A program made the position numbers and the translations under genes. From contig JAGAOS010000005.1 of NCBI GenBank assembly GCA_017623575.1, forward strand, positions 14,350 through 78,349: a stretch of 64,000 bases of DNA, given 5' to 3'. The notes under the pieces are model-generated. The model was not told the origin of the DNA. It searched no databases and worked only from the letters and a program-made list of their open reading frames with translations. Shown here piece after piece: positions 45,634-53,873 of this stretch (position 1 is the first letter of the stretch; every line of letters starts with the position of its first letter). Origin of the DNA: Clostridia bacterium. Lineage in GTDB: Bacteria; Bacillota; Clostridia; Oscillospirales; Acutalibacteraceae.

Positions 45634-45668
45634 AAGGGCTTTATGTGAATAAAACTATATTTCGTTAA

Positions 45669-47780
45669 TTAAAGTGTAGCAAGATATGCATTCCACTCTG
45701 CTACAGTATAGTTGGTACCATTGTAAACAATTGCGCCAACTGTTGCGCCATCTTCGATAACGAGCTTTTGAAGATTTGCTTTTGTGGCATACGCTGAGGA
45801 AGTACCGTAATCGACAACAAGCTTATCGATTGCAGTGCCTGCTTTGATAGTCACTTTGCCCCTGATGGGAGCAGCATAGATCGTATCAATTTCTGCGCCG
45901 TCGATAGTAACATTGGCATGACTCCAGCAGTAGATAGTGCCGTATTCACCGCCGTTAACGGTGGTAGTGGTGCCATTAGAAAAACCTGCATCCACTGGCA
46001 TAGCACCGTCGATCATAGCGGTAGTGCCTGTCATAACACAATTATTCAAGATTGCGTTGCCGTAATGTGAAAAACCGCAAGCAAGAGTAAAGCCCTTGTC
46101 TCCGTTTGCGAGAGTCGAAACAAGATCCTTTACAACGAGGTTATTGGCAACATAGTCGCCGCCGCCCAAACCGTAATGACCAAGCTCAACGAAACCGGCA
46201 CCTGTAACGGTCAAATCACTTACAGTTACGTCCTCGCCTGCTGAAGGAACAAATGCAACATAACCGTGATTACCAACGGAGGGATCTGCACCCTCGGTAG
46301 TAATGGTATTACCCATGCCGTTAAAATTGATCGCATCGGTCGTCTCTATAATCAATTGATTGTCCGGATCGGTGTTAACATATTCAATATCGGTAGCCAT
46401 GAATACATCTTTGCCGCTGGTAGCAGTGTTAAGAGCTTCTGCAGTAGCAACCACCTGTCCGCCTGCAACAACTTTATTATTGTTCAAAGTGGGAACATAG
46501 TTATCGGTTTCGTAGATATAATTACCCTGATCGCCTGCCTGGCAGTCGATGAAGTGACTGTTCTTGATTACAATGTTAAAGCTGCTTTCTTCTCTATCGT
46601 CGATAGCAATACCTGGTTTCTCAGAAAGAGGTCCGAATACACAATCGTCTACCACAACATTTGAAACCTCGCCTGCATACTGGTCACAAACCTTCAAGCC
46701 GCGAGTACCGCTGAAGTAGCAACCGGTAAAGGTAGCCTTGCCGTTATAAACCCATGCGCCATACATCGTGGTATTGCCATAAGTAGAAGAATCGTTATTG
46801 TGGCCGGAGAAGGTACAGTCTACAAAGGTAGACAGAGGACCGTCGGTCATAATACCGTCGTCAAATGCAACATTAACAAAGGTGTTATTGCCACCAAGTT
46901 CAAGATAGGTGAACTCCCAAGCATTCTCACCGTCTTCATAGGTGTAGAAAGTAGAGTCTACAACCTTCATGTTCTTCAGGTTGATGTTATCAAGACCGCC
47001 GCCGTGACCGGTAACGGTGATGGTAGCATCATCGGACGCACCAACCAGAGTGACACCGTTCATGTCTCTGTTTTTGCCTGCACGTTCTGCAGCCAATTCA
47101 ATGGCAGTGCCTTTGATGCCAATGATCTTTGCACCGCTTGCAAGAGCATCTTCTAACTCTTTGGTTGTGGTAGCAAGAACATCATAATATGTGGCATCCT
47201 TATCATACTGGTTGTTAAAGCTATCATTTTCGTGTGTTAGCTGAGTAGCATAAACAGCAACTGAAATGCCCTCAACCTTGAGATTCTGATATTCATTACC
47301 GGCATTTTCCTTCATATGACCGGTAAGAATAATTTCGCCAGATTTTTCATTAGGAAGCAATTTACCTTCGTAGGTGTACATATCAGTCTCAACACCATCC
47401 ACGGTAATAGTCCAATCAATTGCTTCGAGAAGTTTTGCATCACCAATAATGCCATTGATAACAAAGTTGTATTTCAAAGCTAATGTGCCTTTATTTACAA
47501 CATAGATAGGCTCCATTTTATAAGTGCATCCGGGTTCCCAAAGAATCTGATCTTGAGCACGATTATCAGCAGTAACGAACTCAATAACCTCACCCTCTAA
47601 TGAGTTACCGTCAGCATCAACCAAATCAACCCTTAAAGTACCGGACTTAATAATGTTACCCGAAGAGGTAACGGAGTCTGTGAACCAAGCAAAGGTGCTT
47701 CCAACGAGCATAGAAACACATACAATTAGTGACAAAGCACTCATAAGGAGAGCACGCTTGGTGGTTTTAGCTTTAGTCAT
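45669..47780 (-). CDS. Large fibre/adhesin protein: SipW-type signal, TasA-like N-domain and right-handed beta-helix passenger
   Basis: 703 aa. Contains GSTFAWFTDSVTS, ILWEPGCTYKMEPIYVVNKGTLALKYNF, then repeated beta-helix-like turns (VDCTFSG, FTGCYFSG, VDDCVFG, IKNSHFIDC). Confidence 0.7.
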   Translation of the reverse strand: MTKAKTTKRALLMSALSLIVCVSMLVGSTFAWFTDSVTSSGNIIKSGTLRVDLVDADGNSLEGEVIEFVTADNRAQDQILWEPGCTYKMEPIYVVNKGTLALKYNFVINGIIGDAKLLEAIDWTITVDGVETDMYTYEGKLLPNEKSGEIILTGHMKENAGNEYQNLKVEGISVAVYATQLTHENDSFNNQYDKDATYYDVLATTTKELEDALASGAKIIGIKGTAIELAAERAGKNRDMNGVTLVGASDDATITVTGHGGGLDNINLKNMKVVDSTFYTYEDGENAWEFTYLELGGNNTFVNVAFDDGIMTDGPLSTFVDCTFSGHNNDSSTYGNTTMYGAWVYNGKATFTGCYFSGTRGLKVCDQYAGEVSNVVVDDCVFGPLSEKPGIAIDDREESSFNIVIKNSHFIDCQAGDQGNYIYETDNYVPTLNNNKVVAGGQVVATAEALNTATSGKDVFMATDIEYVNTDPDNQLIIETTDAINFNGMGNTITTEGADPSVGNHGYVAFVPSAGEDVTVSDLTVTGAGFVELGHYGLGGGDYVANNLVVKDLVSTLANGDKGFTLACGFSHYGNAILNNCVMTGTTAMIDGAMPVDAGFSNGTTTTVNGGEYGTIYCWSHANVTIDGAEIDTIYAAPIRGKVTIKAGTAIDKLVVDYGTSSAYATKANLQKLVIEDGATVGAIVYNGTNYTVAEWNAYLATL

Positions 47781-47936
47781 TTTATTTTCTCCTTTTTATG
47801 CTGTCGGTGTAGATTTAAAGTTTTTTACCCACACACCGACATATGGGAATAACTATGCTTTTAACTTGTGTAAGGGAGCTTTTATAAAGCAATTAAACTA
47901 AAGTTCCTTTTTTGATGCTAGGCATCATTTGGGGGA

Positions 47937-48620
47937 TTATTTGCCCCAATAGTTAGTGAATGCGGCGCGTGCCTCTGTGCCGGTGTTATCAGCCTGAAGA
48001 GCCTCTGCCTTAACCTTAATGCTAAAGTCGCCACTAACATACTTCATATCTTCCTGCTCAAACTCACCGGGGATGGTTACATTGTTAAAAAGAACAGCTG
48101 TCTGATCCTCAACAAGTTTGGTGCGGAGATAGTACACATAGGTTACCTTGTTGTCAACATAGGTGGTAGCTGCATCATCAGCATACCAAGCATTAGCATC
48201 AACATCTAACCAAGTGCGAAGGTCGCTGGTGATACCCTGTGCGTCACAAGCAGCCTTAATGGTTGACCACTCATCAAAGGAAACATATACACGGATCCAC
48301 TGATCATAATCACCTGTATTCTCAACTGTAGGATTCTTGGGAAGCTTATCGCCGGGGGCGATTTCGGGATATGTATTACCGGCATGAGTAATTTCGGTAT
48401 CACCGTCATTATCAGCATCGGCATTGTTATCACCGTCATTCTCATTTTCCCATACCTCAACGCTGAAGTCGGGAGTACCGTCTCCGTCGCTATCGGCAAT
48501 TAAGAATTTATTGGTAATTTCATCAGCAGCATTGAACCATGCCAAAGTACCCATAGAAAGAATAGCAATAAGGCAAACTGCAAGAGCTGCAACAAACACC
48601 TTTTTCTTAGTTAATCTCAT
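47937..48620 (-). CDS. BsaA/TasA-family SipW-dependent matrix protein with an Asp-rich Ca-binding-like insert
   Basis: 227 aa. Contains MGTLAWFNAADEI, DSDGDGTPD...NDGDNNADADNDGDTE, PGDKLPKNPTVENTG and the C-terminal KVKAEALQADN. Confidence 0.65.
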   Translation of the reverse strand: MRLTKKKVFVAALAVCLIAILSMGTLAWFNAADEITNKFLIADSDGDGTPDFSVEVWENENDGDNNADADNDGDTEITHAGNTYPEIAPGDKLPKNPTVENTGDYDQWIRVYVSFDEWSTIKAACDAQGITSDLRTWLDVDANAWYADDAATTYVDNKVTYVYYLRTKLVEDQTAVLFNNVTIPGEFEQEDMKYVSGDFSIKVKAEALQADNTGTEARAAFTNYWGK

Positions 48621-48701
48621 TGTATTTTTCCTCCTTTCTTAAAGATTTTATTTCAAACTCGTGCCTGTCGGAATTCCTTTACAGGCGCGAATCGGAAACC
48701 G

Positions 48702-49325
48702 TTAGTTTTCGCTCTTTTTGCTTTCCATTTCGGCACGGAGCTGAGCAAGCTCGGCCTTCAGTTTTTCGTTTTCCTCCGCAGCAGTGTCAATTTCGGTCTG
48801 CACGGCGGAAGCTTCTTCGCCTTCATCATCTTTTTTCTTCTTACCAATCATATCGGGCAGAAAAACGGCGATGATCAAAATAACACCTATAGCAATGGTT
48901 ATGTACATACCGGGGGGATGCTGCACAAAGTCTGAAACATAGCCAAGCTTTGGAATAGAAAACTTAGGCACACCTATTACATTGTTATAATGAACGGGGG
49001 CTTGATCCTCCACCTGATTGGCATCACCCTTGGTATAAAAACGCTGATTTTCGGCATCCACACGAACAACGCGGTGGGTACCAATAGCCAAATCCTCATT
49101 AATAATAAAGGTTATTACATCCCCCGCCTTAATGGTGGCAGGGTCAACCTGTTTTACATAAATAAGATCCCCTACACTGTAATTAGGCTCCATACTGGGG
49201 GAAATAACGGTATAGCACTGATAGCCTATAAGCCGTGAGCCCATTAAAAATACGGCGCAAAAAACAATTACAATAACTAGTATGGTAGATACAATGTTCC
49301 ATACTTTTTTAAGGGTGTTATTCAT
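48702..49325 (-). CDS. sipW: Signal peptidase I, SipW (archaeal/ER) type, with a C-terminal TM segment and charged coiled-coil-like tail
   Basis: 207 aa. Contains ISPSMEP (catalytic Ser), GDLIYVK, THRVV (His) and TKGDANQVED, then a TM segment and the tail KKKKDDEGEE...NEKLKAELAQLRAEMESKK. Confidence 0.85.
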   Translation of the reverse strand: MNNTLKKVWNIVSTILVIVIVFCAVFLMGSRLIGYQCYTVISPSMEPNYSVGDLIYVKQVDPATIKAGDVITFIINEDLAIGTHRVVRVDAENQRFYTKGDANQVEDQAPVHYNNVIGVPKFSIPKLGYVSDFVQHPPGMYITIAIGVILIIAVFLPDMIGKKKKDDEGEEASAVQTEIDTAAEENEKLKAELAQLRAEMESKKSEN

Positions 49326-49340
49326 AAATGCATCTCCTTG

Positions 49341-49508
49341 TTACCTTCGGTAATAAGAACCTGACCTGTTACCGCAATCACAGATTGCGAACAGGTGCCC
49401 AGAACCTTGTTGCCTTTCGGCAATCAAAAGACAAAAATTACCTCTTACCTTAAAATGCAAAGCATTTTTGCCCTTTGATTGCCGCCTATCCCCCTTGCGA
49501 GGGATAGG
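49341..49508 (-). repeat. Hairpin-rich composite intergenic repeat, copy B (central part deleted, extra 5' module)
   Basis: Shares ttgcctttcggcaatcaaaagacaaaaa ... ttacctcttaccttaaaatgcaaagcatttttgccctttgattgccgcctatccccc with copy A. It also shares the module taataagaacctgacctgttaccgcaatcacagattgcgaacaggtgcccagaaccttgttgcc with copy C. Confidence 0.8.
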
Positions 49509-49554
49509 ACGGACTTTATTATCCGTTCATGCGGATAGTATTTATATTTTAAAA

Positions 49555-51570
49555 TTAGTAAACATCCACACCGTCAATAACAATGTTCAGATACTCTTTA
49601 GTCATAGAATTCTTGTTACCAACGATATTCTTGTAACCAACACACTTATCATTCTCAGCAAAGCCGTTAACGGTAGTATCGTTGATATAGATGTTGTACT
49701 TAGCACCAACACCGTCTACACCGGTTTCGAAAGCAGACTTAGTAAAGCCGGTGCCATTGGTGCGATCATTAAAGGTACAACCATCTACATAAACATCACA
49801 GGTCTGATTGTAAACAAGAATGGACTTACCATCGGTGTTAAAGGTGCAATTGTTGAACTTAACGTTTTTGCCACCCCAAGTCCAAATGTTGTAATAATCA
49901 CCTGTAACATTGAATGTACAGTTGTTGAACACACTTTCGCCATAGAGAGTGTATGAACCATTGAATGTACAGTTGTTATAAGTGGCTCTGCAACGCGCAT
50001 ATCCCGCATAAGTATGACCATCGGTGTTGATAGTAACACCCTCAAAGGTTACGGTTGAGCCATCAAGGCTATAGTCGCAACCCTCATAGGAGCCGTCGTT
50101 TTGGTTAGCTACAACAGTATTGCCGTTACCAACGATGGTAAGAGTCTTACCCTGAGCAGAATCAGGAATGATGTAGTTACCGGAGCCCAAAACCACAGTA
50201 GATGCACCATTAGCAATAGCAGTATCAAACTGAGTATTGTTCTTTACCTGAACAGCCTCGGTTGCATCGCTGCCATCGGCTGCATCACCAAGGATTTTAA
50301 CTTGATAGTCCTGAGCAGAAGACTGTGCAGCATAAACTCTTGCAGCTACGGTAGCGTTTTTAACATAAATAACCAAAGGATTGGAATATCCTGTATCCTG
50401 ATGAGTTGCAAACTGACCGCCGCCTTCAAACTTAACATCATCACCCAAAAGATAGATGCTGGTGAGGTTCGGGCAAGAACGGAATACATAGTTAGCAAGT
50501 GTAGGATTGCCTTTGATGGTAACGGTGGTCAGGTTTGCCATATCTCTGAACGCACCCTCATCAATCATCTTAACGCTTGCAGGAATGGTAAGTTTAGACA
50601 TACCTGTTAGTCTAAAGGCCTGCTCACCAATGTATTCAAGAGTTGACGGGAAATTGATCGATTTAAGAGTTGACATATTGATTGCTCTTGCATTGATTTC
50701 CTTAACACCCTCAGGAAGAGTGATACTCTCAACAGAAGAATACTTGCTGAATACCGGTCCGTTGGTATCATTCTTATCTTTAGCAATACCAATCATAGTT
50801 ACATCGTCCGGCACGGTAAAGGTTGTGCCTACATTTCCATAAGGAACACTTCTGAGCACTACATTACCATCGTTAAGGTAGTAATAGGTGTTGCCGTCGA
50901 TAACCTTGATGTGCTTATCAGGAACATCGATATCATCGTAGTTCTCGTCAAAGCTGTCTTTCTCAACATTGTCCTGAGTAGCCATCAAAACAACCTTGAA
51001 ATCAGAACCGATAGAAAGTCCCTGATACTCGTTGCCGGCAGTTTCCTGCATTTTAAGGGCAATGGTTACGGTGTCAGCGGTATTTGCTTTAAGGTCGCCG
51101 GCCATATTAGCAGGCATACCGTCCAAAATATCGCTTAAAGTACCAACTTTGGTGAGTTCAGTCATTTCTCTGCTTGCCAAAGTATATTCACCCTCAGCGA
51201 AATACACGTCGATAACATCAGCGAGTTCACTAACTTCGCCATTCGCTGCAATGTTAAGGTTGTATTTGAGAGCCAAAGTGCCGACATTGCTGATTTTAAT
51301 GTTCTTTGCCTCAACATAGCCGGGCTCCCAAAGATCGTAATTAAAGATTGCACCGGCAGAAGCATCTTTGTAAACCTGCTGTGCACCGGTTGGGGTTGCA
51401 TCCTTCCACTCCATTGTTACGTCAAGAGTACCGGACTTAATAATGTTACCTGCGGAAGTAACGCTGTCTGTGAACCAAGCGAATGTGCTACCAACCAACA
51501 TAGATATGCACACAAGCAAGGACAAGGCGCTGAACAGCAAAGCGCGCTTGGTTGATTTTTGCTTTGTCAT
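49555..51570 (-). CDS. Large fibre/adhesin protein: SipW-type signal, TasA-like N-domain, BspA-type LRR and beta-helix passenger
   Basis: 671 aa. The N-terminal 45 aa are nearly identical to the 703-aa protein. The LRR-like region reads ITLPEGVKEINARAI...INFPSTLEYIGEQAF...LTIPASVKMIDEGAF. NCTFN repeats occur near the C-terminus. Confidence 0.7.
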   Translation of the reverse strand: MTKQKSTKRALLFSALSLLVCISMLVGSTFAWFTDSVTSAGNIIKSGTLDVTMEWKDATPTGAQQVYKDASAGAIFNYDLWEPGYVEAKNIKISNVGTLALKYNLNIAANGEVSELADVIDVYFAEGEYTLASREMTELTKVGTLSDILDGMPANMAGDLKANTADTVTIALKMQETAGNEYQGLSIGSDFKVVLMATQDNVEKDSFDENYDDIDVPDKHIKVIDGNTYYYLNDGNVVLRSVPYGNVGTTFTVPDDVTMIGIAKDKNDTNGPVFSKYSSVESITLPEGVKEINARAINMSTLKSINFPSTLEYIGEQAFRLTGMSKLTIPASVKMIDEGAFRDMANLTTVTIKGNPTLANYVFRSCPNLTSIYLLGDDVKFEGGGQFATHQDTGYSNPLVIYVKNATVAARVYAAQSSAQDYQVKILGDAADGSDATEAVQVKNNTQFDTAIANGASTVVLGSGNYIIPDSAQGKTLTIVGNGNTVVANQNDGSYEGCDYSLDGSTVTFEGVTINTDGHTYAGYARCRATYNNCTFNGSYTLYGESVFNNCTFNVTGDYYNIWTWGGKNVKFNNCTFNTDGKSILVYNQTCDVYVDGCTFNDRTNGTGFTKSAFETGVDGVGAKYNIYINDTTVNGFAENDKCVGYKNIVGNKNSMTKEYLNIVIDGVDVY

Positions 51571-51672
51571 ATAAATGACCTCCTTATTTTATTTTGCCAA
51601 CGCTCAAAAGTGGATAACCGCACCGCGCTGACCGTTGACTTAACGCACGGAACGATTGGTAGATTTTTAATA

Positions 51673-51954
51673 TTGCCTTTCGGTAATAAGAACCTGACCT
51701 GTTACCGCAATCACAGATTGCGAACAGGTGCCCAGAACCTTGTTGCCTTCGGCAATCAAAAGACAAAAAACTACTGCGTAGTTTTGAAGTAATATGTAAT
51801 AGTGAATAGGTAATAAGTTCGGTGTGCATTAGGCACGAATTTATTTTGTCGGCTCTGCCGACACCTTACTTTTTCACTATTACCTCTTACTTATTACCTC
51901 AAAACCGCAACGCGGTTTTTGCCCTTTGATTGCCGCCCATCTGAAAGGGATGGG
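51673..51954 (-). repeat. Hairpin-rich composite intergenic repeat, copy C (full length plus 5' module), within the 5' leader of the 671-aa gene
   Basis: Same architecture as copies A and B, but two hairpins have different sequences that still pair: aaaaccgc-aa-gcggtttt replaces aaaatgc-aaa-gcatttt, and cccatc-tgaaag-gatggg replaces cctatccc...gggatagg. Confidence 0.8.
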
Positions 51955-52036
51955 ACGGCGTGAGGTGAAAATGTTCGAAGCCGTGATATATTTTATTACC
52001 ACGCTCAACATAGGGATAAGCTATATAGTAATAGAA

Positions 52037-52267
52037 TTAATACTTTACAAATGGGATTAGTGATAACCACAATCTCCTTCTTTTATGTATCCAGTACCGC
52101 CGTTCCGAACCATCGGTGCGCTCGATTTCCATATTGATATATTCCAGTTCCTGTAAAAATTCTTTAATGAACAAGCATAAACCAACAAGCAATCCAATAA
52201 AAATCGGAACAGCAATAATTCCTATAAGTATCCAAAATGTGGTATCCAAATTATTTGCTTCGGGCAT
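52037..52267 (-). CDS. Small single-TM membrane protein
   Basis: I take the start as the ATG at 52267 (MPEANNLDTTFWILIGIIAVPIFIGLLVGL...) behind an AGGAGA RBS; the track ORF extends further upstream. Confidence 0.45.
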   Translation of the reverse strand: MPEANNLDTTFWILIGIIAVPIFIGLLVGLCLFIKEFLQELEYINMEIERTDGSERRYWIHKRRRLWLSLIPFVKY

Positions 52268-52400
52268 CGCTATCTCCTGTTTCTTCGCTGGCGGGGGTGG
52301 GGGTAGTGCGGTTTTGTTTGGAATTGTTGATACTAAAAACGGCACAAATCATAAAACCGATAATACCGCCCACAACAAATCCAATAAAAAAATTCAACAT
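52251..52400 (-). CDS. Possible 49-aa hydrophobic peptide (DUF3789-like, recalled from memory)
   Basis: MLNFFIGFVVGGIIGFMICAVFSINNSKQNRTTPTPASEETGDSDARSK. It falls below the ORF-track size cut-off and overlaps the next start by about 17 nt. The RBS is weak. Confidence 0.3.
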   Translation of the reverse strand: MLNFFIGFVVGGIIGFMICAVFSINNSKQNRTTPTPASEETGDSDARSK

Positions 52401-52438
52401 TGGGTTTCAACTACTTTCTATAAGTAAGGGGACTATAA

Positions 52439-53188
52439 TTACTCTGTTTCTGCACCCGTAGTAGTATCGGATACAGTATCATCAGATGCAATGGTGGCAG
52501 TTTCTGCAACTGCTTCATCAGGCTGTTTGCCCTCCAACTGAGCTTTAAGTGCTTTAAGCTCCTCAAGCATCTTGGCGTTTTCTGCCTTTTCTGCTTCAAT
52601 TTTATCCTTTTCAGCCTGCATTTCTTCCATCTGCTCTTTTTTATAGCGGCGGAACAGGTTGAAGAATTTAACACCTTCATACAAAATAATCAGCATAAAT
52701 GGGGTGAAAATACAAACGAAATATCCGGGGGTGGTCTTTAAAAAGTTAAAGAAGGTTCCAAGGCCGGGAATGGCGCTTGAATATTTACCCAAAACATAAG
52801 GGTAGGTTACAATGGTTTCATCATCCACACCGGTGGTGGTACCATAGGTAACAAATCCGGGATTACCCTCAGCATCGGTGGTGAGAGTGCGGATTTTATG
52901 GGTTATGGTTTCGCCGAAGCTGTTGGTATCCTGTGACATAAAGGTGATGATGTCGCCCGCTTTAAGGGTGGAGGGATCAACCTCTTTTACAAGAATCAAG
53001 GAGCCTGCATCAAAATCGGTAGCTGCCATTGAATCTGTATTTACTATGTACATCTTAATACCAAACAGATCTCTGTCATTGCGGTTAAAGGTGGTAACCG
53101 AGATAACGGTAAATATCATCATAGATACCGCAAGTAGAACAATCAGCCATATGATTGTTATTTTAATAATGTTAAATGCTTTTTTCAC
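52439..53188 (-). CDS. sipW: Second, divergent SipW-type signal peptidase I with a long coiled-coil-like tail
   Basis: 249 aa, GTG start. Contains NTDSMAA (Ser), GSLILVKEVDPSTLKAGDIITF (matches B. subtilis SipW closely) and ITHKI (His). YGTTTGVDDE replaces the KGDAN block. A TM segment follows, then KKEQMEEMQAEKDKIEAEKAENAKMLEELKALKAQLEG. Confidence 0.75.
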   Translation of the reverse strand: MKKAFNIIKITIIWLIVLLAVSMMIFTVISVTTFNRNDRDLFGIKMYIVNTDSMAATDFDAGSLILVKEVDPSTLKAGDIITFMSQDTNSFGETITHKIRTLTTDAEGNPGFVTYGTTTGVDDETIVTYPYVLGKYSSAIPGLGTFFNFLKTTPGYFVCIFTPFMLIILYEGVKFFNLFRRYKKEQMEEMQAEKDKIEAEKAENAKMLEELKALKAQLEGKQPDEAVAETATIASDDTVSDTTTGAETE

Positions 53189-53208
53189 AATATACCCTCT
53201 CTTTGCTT

Positions 53209-53823
53209 TTATTTTTCAAAAACGGTCTCCGCTGCCTCTTTATTGCTCCAGGAAAGCTGCGTACCAATTGCCGAATAAATGACCGAAAAAACCTCTTCTG
53301 CTGTTTCTTCGTCATCCGGAATTTCGGCACGCAAAATTTTAATAATGGTGGAGTAAACAATATCGAGTATGCGATTTAACACACGCCAAACATCCGTACT
53401 TTTTTTGAAAGCGGGGGTGAAACTTTCTATAACCCTGCAATACGCCCTTCTTCTGTCTATAGGAGAATAGGAATTGTAATAGTGAGAATAATAGTACTTG
53501 ATAAAGAAAGAGCATTTTTCTCTGTCGGAAACAATATTCTTCCAACAGCTTCTGAAGAATATATGACATCTTTCATCAATATCAATTCCTTTTATATTCA
53601 TAATCGGTACATACTTTAGAATACAAGCAATAAGCTCATTATCAATTTCGGTAAAGGTAGCAGCAAATAAATCATCCTTATCCTTAAATACCCTATAAAT
53701 ATATGCCTCGTTAATGCCTGAATGGGTTGCTATTGCTTTTGTGGTGGCTTTGTGAATGCCGTCGGCGGCAACTATGTGGATGGTGCTGTCAATAAATTTT
53801 TGACGCATATACGACTGTTCCAT
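53209..53823 (-). CDS. TetR/AcrR family transcriptional regulator
   Basis: I take the start as the ATG at 53823 behind a GGAGGA RBS. The N-terminal HTH reads FIDSTIHIVAADGIHKATTKAIATHSGINEAYIYRVFKDKDDLF. Confidence 0.8.
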   Translation of the reverse strand: MEQSYMRQKFIDSTIHIVAADGIHKATTKAIATHSGINEAYIYRVFKDKDDLFAATFTEIDNELIACILKYVPIMNIKGIDIDERCHIFFRSCWKNIVSDREKCSFFIKYYYSHYYNSYSPIDRRRAYCRVIESFTPAFKKSTDVWRVLNRILDIVYSTIIKILRAEIPDDEETAEEVFSVIYSAIGTQLSWSNKEAAETVFEK

Positions 53824-53873
53824 TTTCTTTCCTCCGGTTCGTAAGTGTTTACTACAAATTTTAGAAAAATAAT

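Noticed and set aside
45443-51954. Possibility that the repeated hairpin elements or the 14-bp tandem repeats (8031..8077) are a CRISPR array
   Set aside because: There is no regular repeat-spacer periodicity. Copies are kilobases apart and separated by genes. Repeat lengths (170-280 nt, or 14 nt) are wrong, and no cas genes are present.
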